Shown in pieces: positions 35,270 to 45,770 of a stretch of 64,000 nucleotides of DNA. The notes under the pieces were generated by a model. The model did not search any database and was not told the origin of the DNA. It saw only the letters and a list, made by a program, of their open reading frames with translations. Source of the DNA: an uncultured Eubacteriales bacterium (GTDB taxonomy: Bacteria; Bacillota; Peptococcia; Peptococcales; SKKY01); assembly GCA_964642925.1 (NCBI GenBank), contig CAZXPJ010000006.1, positions 9,166-73,165 of the forward strand. Direction: 5' to 3'. Both the position numbers and the translations under genes were made by a program. Positions within the stretch are counted from its first letter, which is position 1. The number at the start of each line of letters is the position of its first letter.

Positions 35270-36136
35270 TTATATGAATTTAGGAAAAAGAAGAACTGGT
35301 ACTTTTGAATATCTAGCAATGTCAATTGCTGTAGTACCAATAAGAAGCTCTGTAATGCTTCCAGCTCCACCTTTAGATATCATAATCAAACTTACACCTT
35401 CATCTTCAGCTATTTCCATAATTTTTTCTGATGGTGTTCCTTGTTTTAACCTTACTTCTACATTTTTACCTGCAGCTATTAATTCATTCTTAATAACTTC
35501 TAGTTTCTCTTGAATTTCATTGGTTTTTTGATCTAAATCCTCTATATTTTCTCCCCGTGCTACAACTTTAACTAAAATAATATCTTTTATAAATTCCTTT
35601 TCTTTAACAAAATCAACTACTTTAAGGGATGATTGTGAGAAATCTACTGGTAAAATTACTTTTTTAAATTTTTCTTTACTTACAAGATCAAATTGATCTC
35701 TTTCAACATCTATAAACTTCTCTATTAGTACAGGTATTTCACTTTTTCTTGCTATCTCAAAAGAAGTACTACCTAGAAGTATAGTTTTTACTACTCCTTT
35801 ACCATGAGAACCAACCACAATTAAATCTGTTTGTTCTTGAACAGCTATATTTAACAATTCTTTTCCTGTAAAACCAAAACTTACTACTTCTTTTGTTTCT
35901 ACTCCATGAACTTTAACTAATTCACTTAATTCTTCTAGTCTTTCTAAAGTAAGTTGTCTTTTTTCACTGTATGTTTCTTTAATAAAAGGAACATTTTCAT
36001 CTGCTGGGTGTACATTAATAACACTTGCTAGAACAACTTCTTTTATACCTATTTTTTTTAGGTCAGGAATGCTGTCAATTAATTTTTTTGATGGCTCAGA
36101 AAAATCTATGCATATTAATGCTTTAGAAAAATTCAT
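35270..36136 (-). CDS. Universal stress protein, tandem UspA domains
   Basis: Two Usp repeats, each ending in a G-x2-G-x9-G(S/T)-like motif (VVGSHGKGVVKTILLGSTS; MISKGGAGSITELLIGTTA). GGAGGTG SD before the ATG at 36136. Confidence 0.85.
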   Translation of the reverse strand: MNFSKALICIDFSEPSKKLIDSIPDLKKIGIKEVVLASVINVHPADENVPFIKETYSEKRQLTLERLEELSELVKVHGVETKEVVSFGFTGKELLNIAVQEQTDLIVVGSHGKGVVKTILLGSTSFEIARKSEIPVLIEKFIDVERDQFDLVSKEKFKKVILPVDFSQSSLKVVDFVKEKEFIKDIILVKVVARGENIEDLDQKTNEIQEKLEVIKNELIAAGKNVEVRLKQGTPSEKIMEIAEDEGVSLIMISKGGAGSITELLIGTTAIDIARYSKVPVLLFPKFI

Positions 36137-36218
36137 TACCAAACACCTCCATTTTATTTTTAATATTACTATATATTATAACCTCATTATACCCTCTAGG
36201 TATTGTTTCTAATCATTT

Positions 36219-36620
36219 CTACTTTTTCTTACTATAAAACTTATTTTGTTTAATTTTATTTTCTTTCCTTTGATCTATTTTTTGTTCTATTCTTGATATA
36301 GAGTAACCAAAAAAATTAGCAGCAATATAAAAAAGAAAATAAATTAAAGCTGTTGAATTAAGCCAAATAAAAAAAACTATTGAAAAAGCTAAGTATGATG
36401 GCAGTGAAAAAAATATAAAATTTATTTTAAACTTATTTGAGAATACTCCATTTAAAAAAAATAAAATTGGAGTAATTACCAATAAAGATATTAATACTAT
36501 TTCCTTACCTTTAATCTCATCTGAAATTTTTAAAAAGCCTATGGAAAAAGATATAAGTATCAATAAAGCTGGTATTATCATAAAAAATAGTATTTTATTT
36601 TTTTTATAAAACTTTAACAT
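36219..36620 (-). CDS. Hypothetical 4-TM membrane protein abutting atpG of the N-ATPase operon
   Basis: The ATG at 36620 directly follows the atpG stop (TAAATG). Four hydrophobic helices and a Lys-rich tail. No recognisable family. Confidence 0.55.
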   Translation of the reverse strand: MLKFYKKNKILFFMIIPALLILISFSIGFLKISDEIKGKEIVLISLLVITPILFFLNGVFSNKFKINFIFFSLPSYLAFSIVFFIWLNSTALIYFLFYIAANFFGYSISRIEQKIDQRKENKIKQNKFYSKKK

Positions 36621-37511
36621 TTATGTTTGGTCCTCTTCCATTTTGTTTTTTCTGATAGCTTTAAAACCTGATATTACATCATTAATTTCTTCTGTAATAT
36701 CATTTTGTCTTTTTCTCCTAAAATCTGAGAGAAGACCTTCTAATCTTTCTTCTATATTTTTTTCTGCTGATTGCATTGATGCTAATCTACTAGCATTTTC
36801 AGCAGCTAATGAATAGCAGAATGTTTTGTAAAGTGTAATAAAAAAATACTGCTTTAGTAATTCTGACAAAATTAATTCTTTATCAATTAAAATTACTGGA
36901 AGGGAGTTAGAATCCCAAGTAGCAACTCTTTTTGTTATTTCATTAAAGTCTACAGGATAAAGTGATTCTTTTTTTACTTTGAAGGAACTATGTTCCTCAG
37001 GCATATTATAAATCATAATAATTTCTCTTGTTTCTTCCCTATATTCTTCAATTTTAAAAAGAAGATCTAAAACACTTTCAGTTATAGCCTCAACTGATTG
37101 GGGTCCTGTATAGGAATTAGTGATTCTCTTTGTATGCTCTAAACGAGAATACACTTGTTGACCTACTACTATTATCTTACTATTTACAGTATCTGATGTA
37201 ATAATATCTTCTGCAAATACAGAGATGTTTTCATTAAATCTGCCTGCTAATCCATGATCAGAACCAAATATTATGTAGAGAAATCCTTTATCTTTATCTT
37301 TATCTTTATTTGAGTCTTTTTTAGTCTCACTTTGATCTGATAATACAACAAAAAGAGACATATCAACGATTTCACTATACTCCATTGAGGCTTTTGCTGC
37401 AGTTTGAAATTGTACTATATTTGAAGAGGCATATGCTTTCATAGTACCTACGATAGATTTAAGATTTTCTGCTGAATTAATCATTCTCTTAATATTTTGG
37501 GTGCTTGACAT
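36621..37511 (-). CDS. atpG: N-ATPase gamma subunit
   Basis: 296 aa. N-terminal IKRMINSAENLKSIVGTMKAYASS and C-terminal ITEEINDVISG helices typical of gamma. It is the last gene in the atpDCQRBEFAG order. Confidence 0.85.
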   Translation of the reverse strand: MSSTQNIKRMINSAENLKSIVGTMKAYASSNIVQFQTAAKASMEYSEIVDMSLFVVLSDQSETKKDSNKDKDKDKGFLYIIFGSDHGLAGRFNENISVFAEDIITSDTVNSKIIVVGQQVYSRLEHTKRITNSYTGPQSVEAITESVLDLLFKIEEYREETREIIMIYNMPEEHSSFKVKKESLYPVDFNEITKRVATWDSNSLPVILIDKELILSELLKQYFFITLYKTFCYSLAAENASRLASMQSAEKNIEERLEGLLSDFRRKRQNDITEEINDVISGFKAIRKNKMEEDQT

Positions 37512-37515
37512 AATT

Positions 37516-39030
37516 TTACCCCCATTTTTTGCTTAAAACTTCCTCAACTTTACTTAAAAAAATGTTTTTTCTTTCTTCAGAAATGCCTTTATCATGGAAA
37601 ATAGCATCCTTATAAGATTGATCATTGTTAACGATTTCTTTTACTAATTCTTCTGCTTCTTCAATCTCATGGAGAGGAACCTTATCAAAAATTCCCGTTG
37701 TTACTGCTAATAATATTCCAATTTGTTCTGTAACATCAAGGGGAGTATTTTCCCTTTGGTTAAGTACACTTCTAATTCTTCTTCCTCTTTCAAGAGTTTT
37801 TTGTGTATCTTCATCTAGTCTGGTCCCAAAACTAGCAAAAGATTCTAACTCTTCAAATTGAGAGTATGTTAATTTTAAATCATTCGTTACTTTTCTATAA
37901 GAAGGAAGTTGAGTTTTACCTCCTACCCTAGAAACAGAGTCACCTATTTTTACTGCAGGCATATTACCTTTTTGGAAAAGTTTGGGTGATAAATAAATTT
38001 GCCCATCAGTTATAGAAATCAAATTTGTAGCTATATATGCTGATAGGTTTTCACCTTGAGTTTCAATTATTGGAAGAGCAGTAAAACTACCTCCACCATA
38101 CTCATCTCTAAGTTGTGTTGATCTTTCAAGTAATTTAGAATGTACGAAGAAGATATCTCCAGGATAAGCTTCTCTTCCTGGTGGTCTCTCAAGTAATAAT
38201 GATATTTCACGATAAGCTCTTGCATGTTTAGTTAGGTCATCATATATAACTAATACATCTTCCCCCTTTTCCATAAAATATTCCGCCATTGATGCTGCAG
38301 AATAAGGTGCTAAGTAAGAAACACCAGGAGGATCGTTTGGATCTGCAACCATAATAATAGAATATTCCATTGCATTATGTTTTCTTAAAGTTTCAATAAC
38401 TTTAGCAACAGAACTTGATTGTTGACCGATAGAACAATAAATACATATAACATTTTTGCCTTTTTGATTTATTATTGTGTCTATTCCTATAGTGGATTTA
38501 CCTGTTTGCCTATCCCCTAAAATTAATTCTCTTTGACCCTTACCTACAGGAACGACTGAATCAATTACTTTTATACCTGTTTGCAAAGGCCTAATTACTG
38601 GGGCTCTATGCATTATTGGTCTGGCTTTTCTTTCTATTGGGTAATATTCGGATGTTACAATTTCTCCTTTTTCATCCAGAGTTTCTCCAAGAGGATTTAT
38701 TACTCTACCAATAAACTTTTCAGATACTGGTATCTTGGCAACCTCATATGTTCTTGAAACTTTATCACCAGATTGAATATGATCATAATTTCCAAGAAGT
38801 ATGACTCCTACGGAGTCCGCATCAAGGTTAAAGGAAATACCTTTTACATCACCAGGAAAACTGATTAGTTCTTCATTTTTAACCCTATTTAAACCACGAA
38901 TTACTGATATTCCACTATCCACTGACAAAACAGTTCCGCTTTCTTCTATTTTATTTGGATGAATATCTTCCTGCAAGATTTTATCGAAGGTATTCTCCGT
39001 TATTTTTAATTCATTGATCATATTAGGCAT
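37516..39030 (-). CDS. atpA: N-ATPase alpha subunit
   Basis: P-loop GDRQTGKST, plus the YDDLTKHA and PGREAYPGD motifs. GGAGG SD before the ATG at 39030. Confidence 0.92.
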   Translation of the reverse strand: MPNMINELKITENTFDKILQEDIHPNKIEESGTVLSVDSGISVIRGLNRVKNEELISFPGDVKGISFNLDADSVGVILLGNYDHIQSGDKVSRTYEVAKIPVSEKFIGRVINPLGETLDEKGEIVTSEYYPIERKARPIMHRAPVIRPLQTGIKVIDSVVPVGKGQRELILGDRQTGKSTIGIDTIINQKGKNVICIYCSIGQQSSSVAKVIETLRKHNAMEYSIIMVADPNDPPGVSYLAPYSAASMAEYFMEKGEDVLVIYDDLTKHARAYREISLLLERPPGREAYPGDIFFVHSKLLERSTQLRDEYGGGSFTALPIIETQGENLSAYIATNLISITDGQIYLSPKLFQKGNMPAVKIGDSVSRVGGKTQLPSYRKVTNDLKLTYSQFEELESFASFGTRLDEDTQKTLERGRRIRSVLNQRENTPLDVTEQIGILLAVTTGIFDKVPLHEIEEAEELVKEIVNNDQSYKDAIFHDKGISEERKNIFLSKVEEVLSKKWG

Positions 39031-39049
39031 AATGGAAATTCCTCCGTTT

Positions 39050-39805
39050 TTAGAACTTTTGTTGTTTAGAAACTTCTTTTTCAAGATCTTGTAAATAAAA
39101 ATCTAAATTTTCATTTACAGTAAAAGTATTGAAGACAACTTTATATCCATAAATTAAATCTGGATTAATTTGAAATTCAATATTTAAATCCTTAGAATCT
39201 TTATTTAAAATACTTGTTATTATTTCAAAAATTTTTTTCTTTTGAGAATCTGTAATTGTATTGGTACTTTCAATTTGCACAATTCCCTTGTGATTTTTTC
39301 TTTCTTCGATTAAAATATCTTCTTCTACATTGGATAAAGTTTTCAAAAGTCCTTCAAATACTTTATCTTCCAGTTCGGTTTTAGAAACTGATAATAAAAG
39401 TTTTCTTGAGATTTTCAGTGTATAATTTGCTAAAAAATCCCTAAATGCTTTTATAAAATCAGCTTGTTCATTTTTAAATTCAGCTTCAAAATTATCTTTT
39501 CTTAATTTCATTTCTTCCTTATATTGACTTAACAATACATCTCTTTTTTCCTCAGCTTCTTTTCTAGCTTGGTTAATTATCTCTTCTTCTTTGTTTTTAA
39601 TTTCTGATATTTTTAATTCATATTCTGCAACAAGTTTTTCTCCATTAACAAATTTTGTTTCAGCATTTATAACTGTATTTGCTATTTCTTCTTCTCTTTT
39701 TTCCATGGCAGCCATTACAGGTTTAAAAAGAAACTTATTTAATAAAGCAAGAAGAATAAAGAAATTTAATATTTGGGCAAATACTTCAAACCAATTTATT
39801 TGCAT
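39050..39805 (-). CDS. atpF: N-ATPase b subunit (long form)
   Basis: One N-terminal TM helix (FFILLALLNKFLFKPV) followed by a long charged coiled coil. At 251 aa it is longer than a canonical b subunit. No delta gene is present. Confidence 0.8.
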   Translation of the reverse strand: MQINWFEVFAQILNFFILLALLNKFLFKPVMAAMEKREEEIANTVINAETKFVNGEKLVAEYELKISEIKNKEEEIINQARKEAEEKRDVLLSQYKEEMKLRKDNFEAEFKNEQADFIKAFRDFLANYTLKISRKLLLSVSKTELEDKVFEGLLKTLSNVEEDILIEERKNHKGIVQIESTNTITDSQKKKIFEIITSILNKDSKDLNIEFQINPDLIYGYKVVFNTFTVNENLDFYLQDLEKEVSKQQKF

Positions 39806-39809
39806 AGGT

Positions 39810-40076
39810 CTAGCCCACTACAAAATTCCAGAAAGGATTAGCAAAAATAATAATCATTGCTACTAAAAAACAATAAATAGCAGTTGATTCAATCATTGCA
39901 AGACCAACAAACAATGTTCTTGTAATTGTGTTGGATTCGTCCGGCTGCTGGGCGATGGATCTTAATGCTTCTGAAACGGCCTTTCCTTCTCCAAGAGCAG
40001 GTCCTATTGAGCCTATCGCAATTGTTAATCCTGCTGTAATAATTGAAGCCATTCCTATTAACGCTATATTATCCAT
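39810..40076 (-). CDS. atpE: N-ATPase c subunit with a complete Na+-binding signature
   Basis: 88-aa hairpin with AQQPD in helix 1 and IESTAIY in helix 2. GAGGAGG SD before the ATG at 40076. Confidence 0.9.
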   Translation of the reverse strand: MDNIALIGMASIITAGLTIAIGSIGPALGEGKAVSEALRSIAQQPDESNTITRTLFVGLAMIESTAIYCFLVAMIIIFANPFWNFVVG

Positions 40077-40092
40077 TTTAAAAAACCTCCTC

Positions 40093-40767
40093 TTATTCTT
40101 TTTGCGTTGCTGACGCAATATAAACTATAGATAAAATTGAAAATACATAAGCCTGAATTCCACCCATTAATAATCCAAAAGCATTTACTAAAACAGGAAA
40201 AAATAAAGGTAAAATTCCTAACAATATAATTACTATTAAACCAGAACTCATTATATTTCCATAAAGACGAACTGCTAAAGAAAGTGTGCGAGAAACTTCA
40301 CCAATTAAATTAAAAGGAAGCATTATTATATTGGGCTTAATATATTGTTTTAGGTAATTACCAACACCTTGACTTTTTATTCCATAATAAGGAACTGCTA
40401 AAAAGACACAAATAGCTAATGCTGTAGTTGTATTTAATGAAGCTGTAGGAGAAATAAATCCTGGAATAATTGAAATAACATTAGCAAACAATATAAATAT
40501 AAATATTGTTCCAATAAATGGCAAATACCTACTAGGATCTTCTTGAGTTACCTCCCTAATTTGACCCCTTACCGTTGTAATAACAGCTTCTGAAATATTT
40601 TGTGATTTTGTCACAGTTAATGGGCTTTTACTTTTTCCAATGGAAGATTTAATAAAGATGGAGCCTATTATTAAAAATAACATTAAAACCCAAGTGTAAA
40701 CTAAAGTTGCTGTTATTCTAATAAATCCATATTGAAAATAAACAATATCACTTGGATCTATACTCAT
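40093..40767 (-). CDS. atpB: N-ATPase a subunit
   Basis: 224 aa with the conserved stator Arg in LSLAVRLYGNIMSSG. Confidence 0.88.
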   Translation of the reverse strand: MSIDPSDIVYFQYGFIRITATLVYTWVLMLFLIIGSIFIKSSIGKSKSPLTVTKSQNISEAVITTVRGQIREVTQEDPSRYLPFIGTIFIFILFANVISIIPGFISPTASLNTTTALAICVFLAVPYYGIKSQGVGNYLKQYIKPNIIMLPFNLIGEVSRTLSLAVRLYGNIMSSGLIVIILLGILPLFFPVLVNAFGLLMGGIQAYVFSILSIVYIASATQKE

Positions 40768-40769
40768 TT

Positions 40770-41027
40770 TTATATCACCTCTTTTTTAACAAAATATATA
40801 GCAATATATTTAGAAATAAAAACGCCTACTATAGCAATTAAAAGTCTTATTATATCTCCAGAAAATATAAAATATAATCCTCCGATTAAAATAGCCATTC
40901 TCAATACTATACTGGCAATAACAAATAATGCTGGTCTTTTTACAATGGAAAGTTTCTTTGTAGTATAATATAAACCTCCAAAAAATATAAGACCTAGAAT
41001 AATACCACCTATAAATGAAAAAATCAT
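40770..41027 (-). CDS. atpR: N-ATPase AtpR subunit
   Basis: 85 aa, three TM segments with intramembrane Arg (VLRMAIL). Its position between atpQ and atpB is diagnostic. Confidence 0.7.
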   Translation of the reverse strand: MIFSFIGGIILGLIFFGGLYYTTKKLSIVKRPALFVIASIVLRMAILIGGLYFIFSGDIIRLLIAIVGVFISKYIAIYFVKKEVI

Positions 41028-41049
41028 TAGTTTATACTCCTAAGTATCA

Positions 41050-41343
41050 TTATTTATTTTTACTTTTTTCTTTAATCCAATACCAAGCATTAAGACAGCC
41101 TATTCCAAGACCTAGTAACATCATGGTAATAGTCCATGAAATTGCTGTTGTAGAAATTCTATCAAGATAAAGGCCTAGAAAAGTAAGGGCTAAAGTAGGA
41201 ACTGCAATAGACCATCCTACAATACCAAAAGCACCGAGTCCAAATAAAATTTGGTCTCCTTCTTTTCTTGCTTTTATTTTTTTTAATGATTCATTTTCTA
41301 TTTTTTCTTTAAATTTATCCTGATTATTTACCAAAAGGATCAT
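41050..41343 (-). CDS. atpQ: N-ATPase AtpQ subunit (AtpI/AtpZ-like)
   Basis: 97 aa, two TM helices (LGAFGIVGWSIAVPTLALTFLG; MMLLGLGIGCLNAWYW), positioned after atpC. Confidence 0.7.
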   Translation of the reverse strand: MILLVNNQDKFKEKIENESLKKIKARKEGDQILFGLGAFGIVGWSIAVPTLALTFLGLYLDRISTTAISWTITMMLLGLGIGCLNAWYWIKEKSKNK

Positions 41344-41355
41344 ACCCTTTACTTT

Positions 41356-43148
<1,793 letters not shown>

Positions 43149-43183
43149 TTAAAATTGATTTATATTATTTCATACCCTATTTT

Positions 43184-43978
43184 CTATTTTTCAAAAACAG
43201 CATATTTTATTCTACTATGAGAACTACCTGATACCATATCAGGTTTAGTATTTTTTACAAAAGAATAGTTATTGTTTCTTATTTTTACTACCACTCTTTT
43301 TTTGGCAAGTAATAAAGCATTATCAATATCTTTTTTATTCAAAATATCATAGCATGCATATTCTCTAATTTTGGAAATGCCTGGTGATTTTAAAACTGGT
43401 TTTTCAAACATAGGATCAAAATAAATACTATCAAAATAGTCTTTAATATTAGTAGCTATTAATTTTTCAAAAAATAATCTATAGTCAATATTTTTTAATT
43501 TAATTCTTTTTAAAGAATCTCTAAATTTTTTAGTACCTTCAGAATAATTTTCCAATCCATATTTAGTAATTAAAAATAAGTCATTACTTTTTTCCAAAGT
43601 AGTTAATTTACCCTTTTCTAAAAAATATGAGATTACTATACTGTCACTAGCAAGACCCCCTGTACAATCTAATACAGAATCTTCAGGTTTAATTTTAAGA
43701 GTATCTATAAGCAAATCATTTTCAAGTCTTTCAAGAGATTTCGTTCTAATTAATCCTGTACCAGGATGGAAAAACAATTCTTTCTTATTTTGATTTATTA
43801 ATATTAATTGTTTATTTCTTATTATAAAAAAACTATTAGATTTACTAATTTTTAAAATTTCATCTAAAGAAAGTTCCTCTCGCTTTAAATATCTTAAAGA
43901 ATGTTCTTTTGTCATATTTTTTGCAAGAAAAACATCTGATGGGTTAGACTTTAGACTTGTAGTTATAAATCTAATCAC
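43184..43978 (-). CDS. RsmJ-like class I SAM-dependent methyltransferase
   Basis: The SAM motif VLDCTGGLASDSIVISYF resembles DATAGLGRD of RsmJ. The likely GTG start at 43978 (GAGGGGGA SD) overlaps the mutL stop by 8 nt. Confidence 0.6.
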   Translation of the reverse strand: MIRFITTSLKSNPSDVFLAKNMTKEHSLRYLKREELSLDEILKISKSNSFFIIRNKQLILINQNKKELFFHPGTGLIRTKSLERLENDLLIDTLKIKPEDSVLDCTGGLASDSIVISYFLEKGKLTTLEKSNDLFLITKYGLENYSEGTKKFRDSLKRIKLKNIDYRLFFEKLIATNIKDYFDSIYFDPMFEKPVLKSPGISKIREYACYDILNKKDIDNALLLAKKRVVVKIRNNNYSFVKNTKPDMVSGSSHSRIKYAVFEK

Positions 43979-45770
43979 TATATCCCCCTCTATCAAAATA
44001 TTTATATAGCTCATTAATAGAGATTTTTTTAAAAATAGGTCTACCATGAGGACATGTATAAGGGTTTTCAGTTTTTGACAATTCTTCCAGTAGATAGCTT
44101 ATCTTTTCAATAGACAATCTATCATTTGCTTTTATTGCTTTTTTACAAGAGGCGTTGGTTATAACAGAGTCTCTTATTTTAGCAATGGAACTATTACTAG
44201 TATTTTGCAAGTCTTCTATTAAATCGGAAAAAAACTGTTCTGGATTTTCGATTTCCAGAGTATTAGGTAGTGTTCTTATTAAATAGGTTTGTGGTCCAAA
44301 GTTTTCAATTTCGAAACCTAGATCATTTAAAACAATAATGTTATTAATCAATACACTTTCTTCTAAAGGATTTAAATTAAGAGCTACAGGAGAAAGTAGT
44401 GGAGATTTTATTATTCTATTATCGTTAACTTCATTTACAAACTTTTCATATAATACCCTTTCGTGAACAACATGCTGATCAATTATATAAAGATCATGTT
44501 CATCTTCTGCTAAAATAAAAGTATTTTTAAATTGTCCTATTATTTTTAGACCATTTAGCCAAAGCTCTTTCTCATTTGTTACTTCGTTTATAGCTTTACT
44601 TTCTTCATTGGTTTCTGTGGTTTCGGTAAATTTAAAAGAAATAGGAAAATCAATCTTTTGGGCTTCATAAGAACCATTAATTTCAGCTATAAAACTTTCT
44701 ACTTTTGGCTCAAAATTAATAATTTCTTTGGCATGATTTTCTTCTTTAAATACAGCTATTTTGTTGATTGTATTTTTTTTCTTCATTCCACTAAGCAATA
44801 CTTCTCTTAAAACAGGTAATACATTTTTTTGGAGATTTTGTTCCTGTAAAAATCTTATTTCTGTCTTGGCAGGATGTATATTAACATCTATATCCCTTGG
44901 ATTTAGTTTAATGTTTAAAATTACAATTGGGAAGCGGCCCCGACCCATAAAACCTTCATATGCTTCATCTATAACATTGTTTAAAAAAACACTTTTTATT
45001 AATCTCCCATTTATGAAAAAGATCTGTGATTTTCTATTATTTTTAGATGTTTGCGGAGCAAATAATACGCCCTCTAAGTTGCTATTCTGATTAAATTCAG
45101 ATATTACAAAGAAATCTTCTTTTTTTCTTTTAAAGATATAATTTGTTCTTTTTTCCCACCCTCTGTATCCTCTAGTATCTATAATAACTTCATTGTCTCT
45201 CTTTAATATAAAATCTTTTTCAGGATGTCCTAAAGAATAATTTATTACTACTTCTGATATTTTTGAGTTTTCTAAATTTAAATTATTGATAAATTTTTTT
45301 CTTGCTGGTAGGTTGAAAAAAAGGTTCCTTACTTCAACTCTTGTCCCTTGAAGAATATTCTTAATACCTTCTTCTTTTATTTTTCCTTCAGAAATAATTA
45401 AATATTTTCCTGTAATATCTTCTTTAGTTTTAGAAACAATTTCAATATCTGATACTGCAGATATCGAGGCTAAAGCTTCTCCTCTAAACCCAAAAGTAGA
45501 TATATTATCTAGATCCTTTTCTGTGTATATCTTACTTGTAGCATGGCTTAAAAAAGCTTTTTCTAAATCCTCTTTATGAATCCCAAAACCATTATCTATT
45601 ATTCTGATTAAAGACATACCTGAATTTTCAATATTTATTTCAATTATATCTGATCCAGCGTCAAGAGAGTTTTCAAGAAGTTCTTTTACTACAGAAATTG
45701 GTCCTTCTACTATTTCCCCTGCTGCAATTTTTTCAAATACTTTTTTATCTAAGAGAGTAATTCTTCTCAC
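43971..45770 (-). CDS. mutL: DNA mismatch repair protein MutL
   Basis: GHKL ATPase motifs: IAAGEIVEGP, ELLENSLDAG, DNGFGI and GFRGEAL. The GTG start overlaps the upstream stop by 1 nt. Confidence 0.93.
   Translation of the reverse strand: MRRITLLDKKVFEKIAAGEIVEGPISVVKELLENSLDAGSDIIEINIENSGMSLIRIIDNGFGIHKEDLEKAFLSHATSKIYTEKDLDNISTFGFRGEALASISAVSDIEIVSKTKEDITGKYLIISEGKIKEEGIKNILQGTRVEVRNLFFNLPARKKFINNLNLENSKISEVVINYSLGHPEKDFILKRDNEVIIDTRGYRGWEKRTNYIFKRKKEDFFVISEFNQNSNLEGVLFAPQTSKNNRKSQIFFINGRLIKSVFLNNVIDEAYEGFMGRGRFPIVILNIKLNPRDIDVNIHPAKTEIRFLQEQNLQKNVLPVLREVLLSGMKKKNTINKIAVFKEENHAKEIINFEPKVESFIAEINGSYEAQKIDFPISFKFTETTETNEESKAINEVTNEKELWLNGLKIIGQFKNTFILAEDEHDLYIIDQHVVHERVLYEKFVNEVNDNRIIKSPLLSPVALNLNPLEESVLINNIIVLNDLGFEIENFGPQTYLIRTLPNTLEIENPEQFFSDLIEDLQNTSNSSIAKIRDSVITNASCKKAIKANDRLSIEKISYLLEELSKTENPYTCPHGRPIFKKISINELYKYFDRGGYSD

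Noticed and set aside
37288-37308. Short tandem hexamer repeat (TCTTTA x3) inside atpG, encoding KDKDKDK.
   Set aside because: It is an in-frame, low-complexity acidic/basic linker. Three copies of a 6-mer cannot cause frameshifting and do not amount to a meaningful repeat element.
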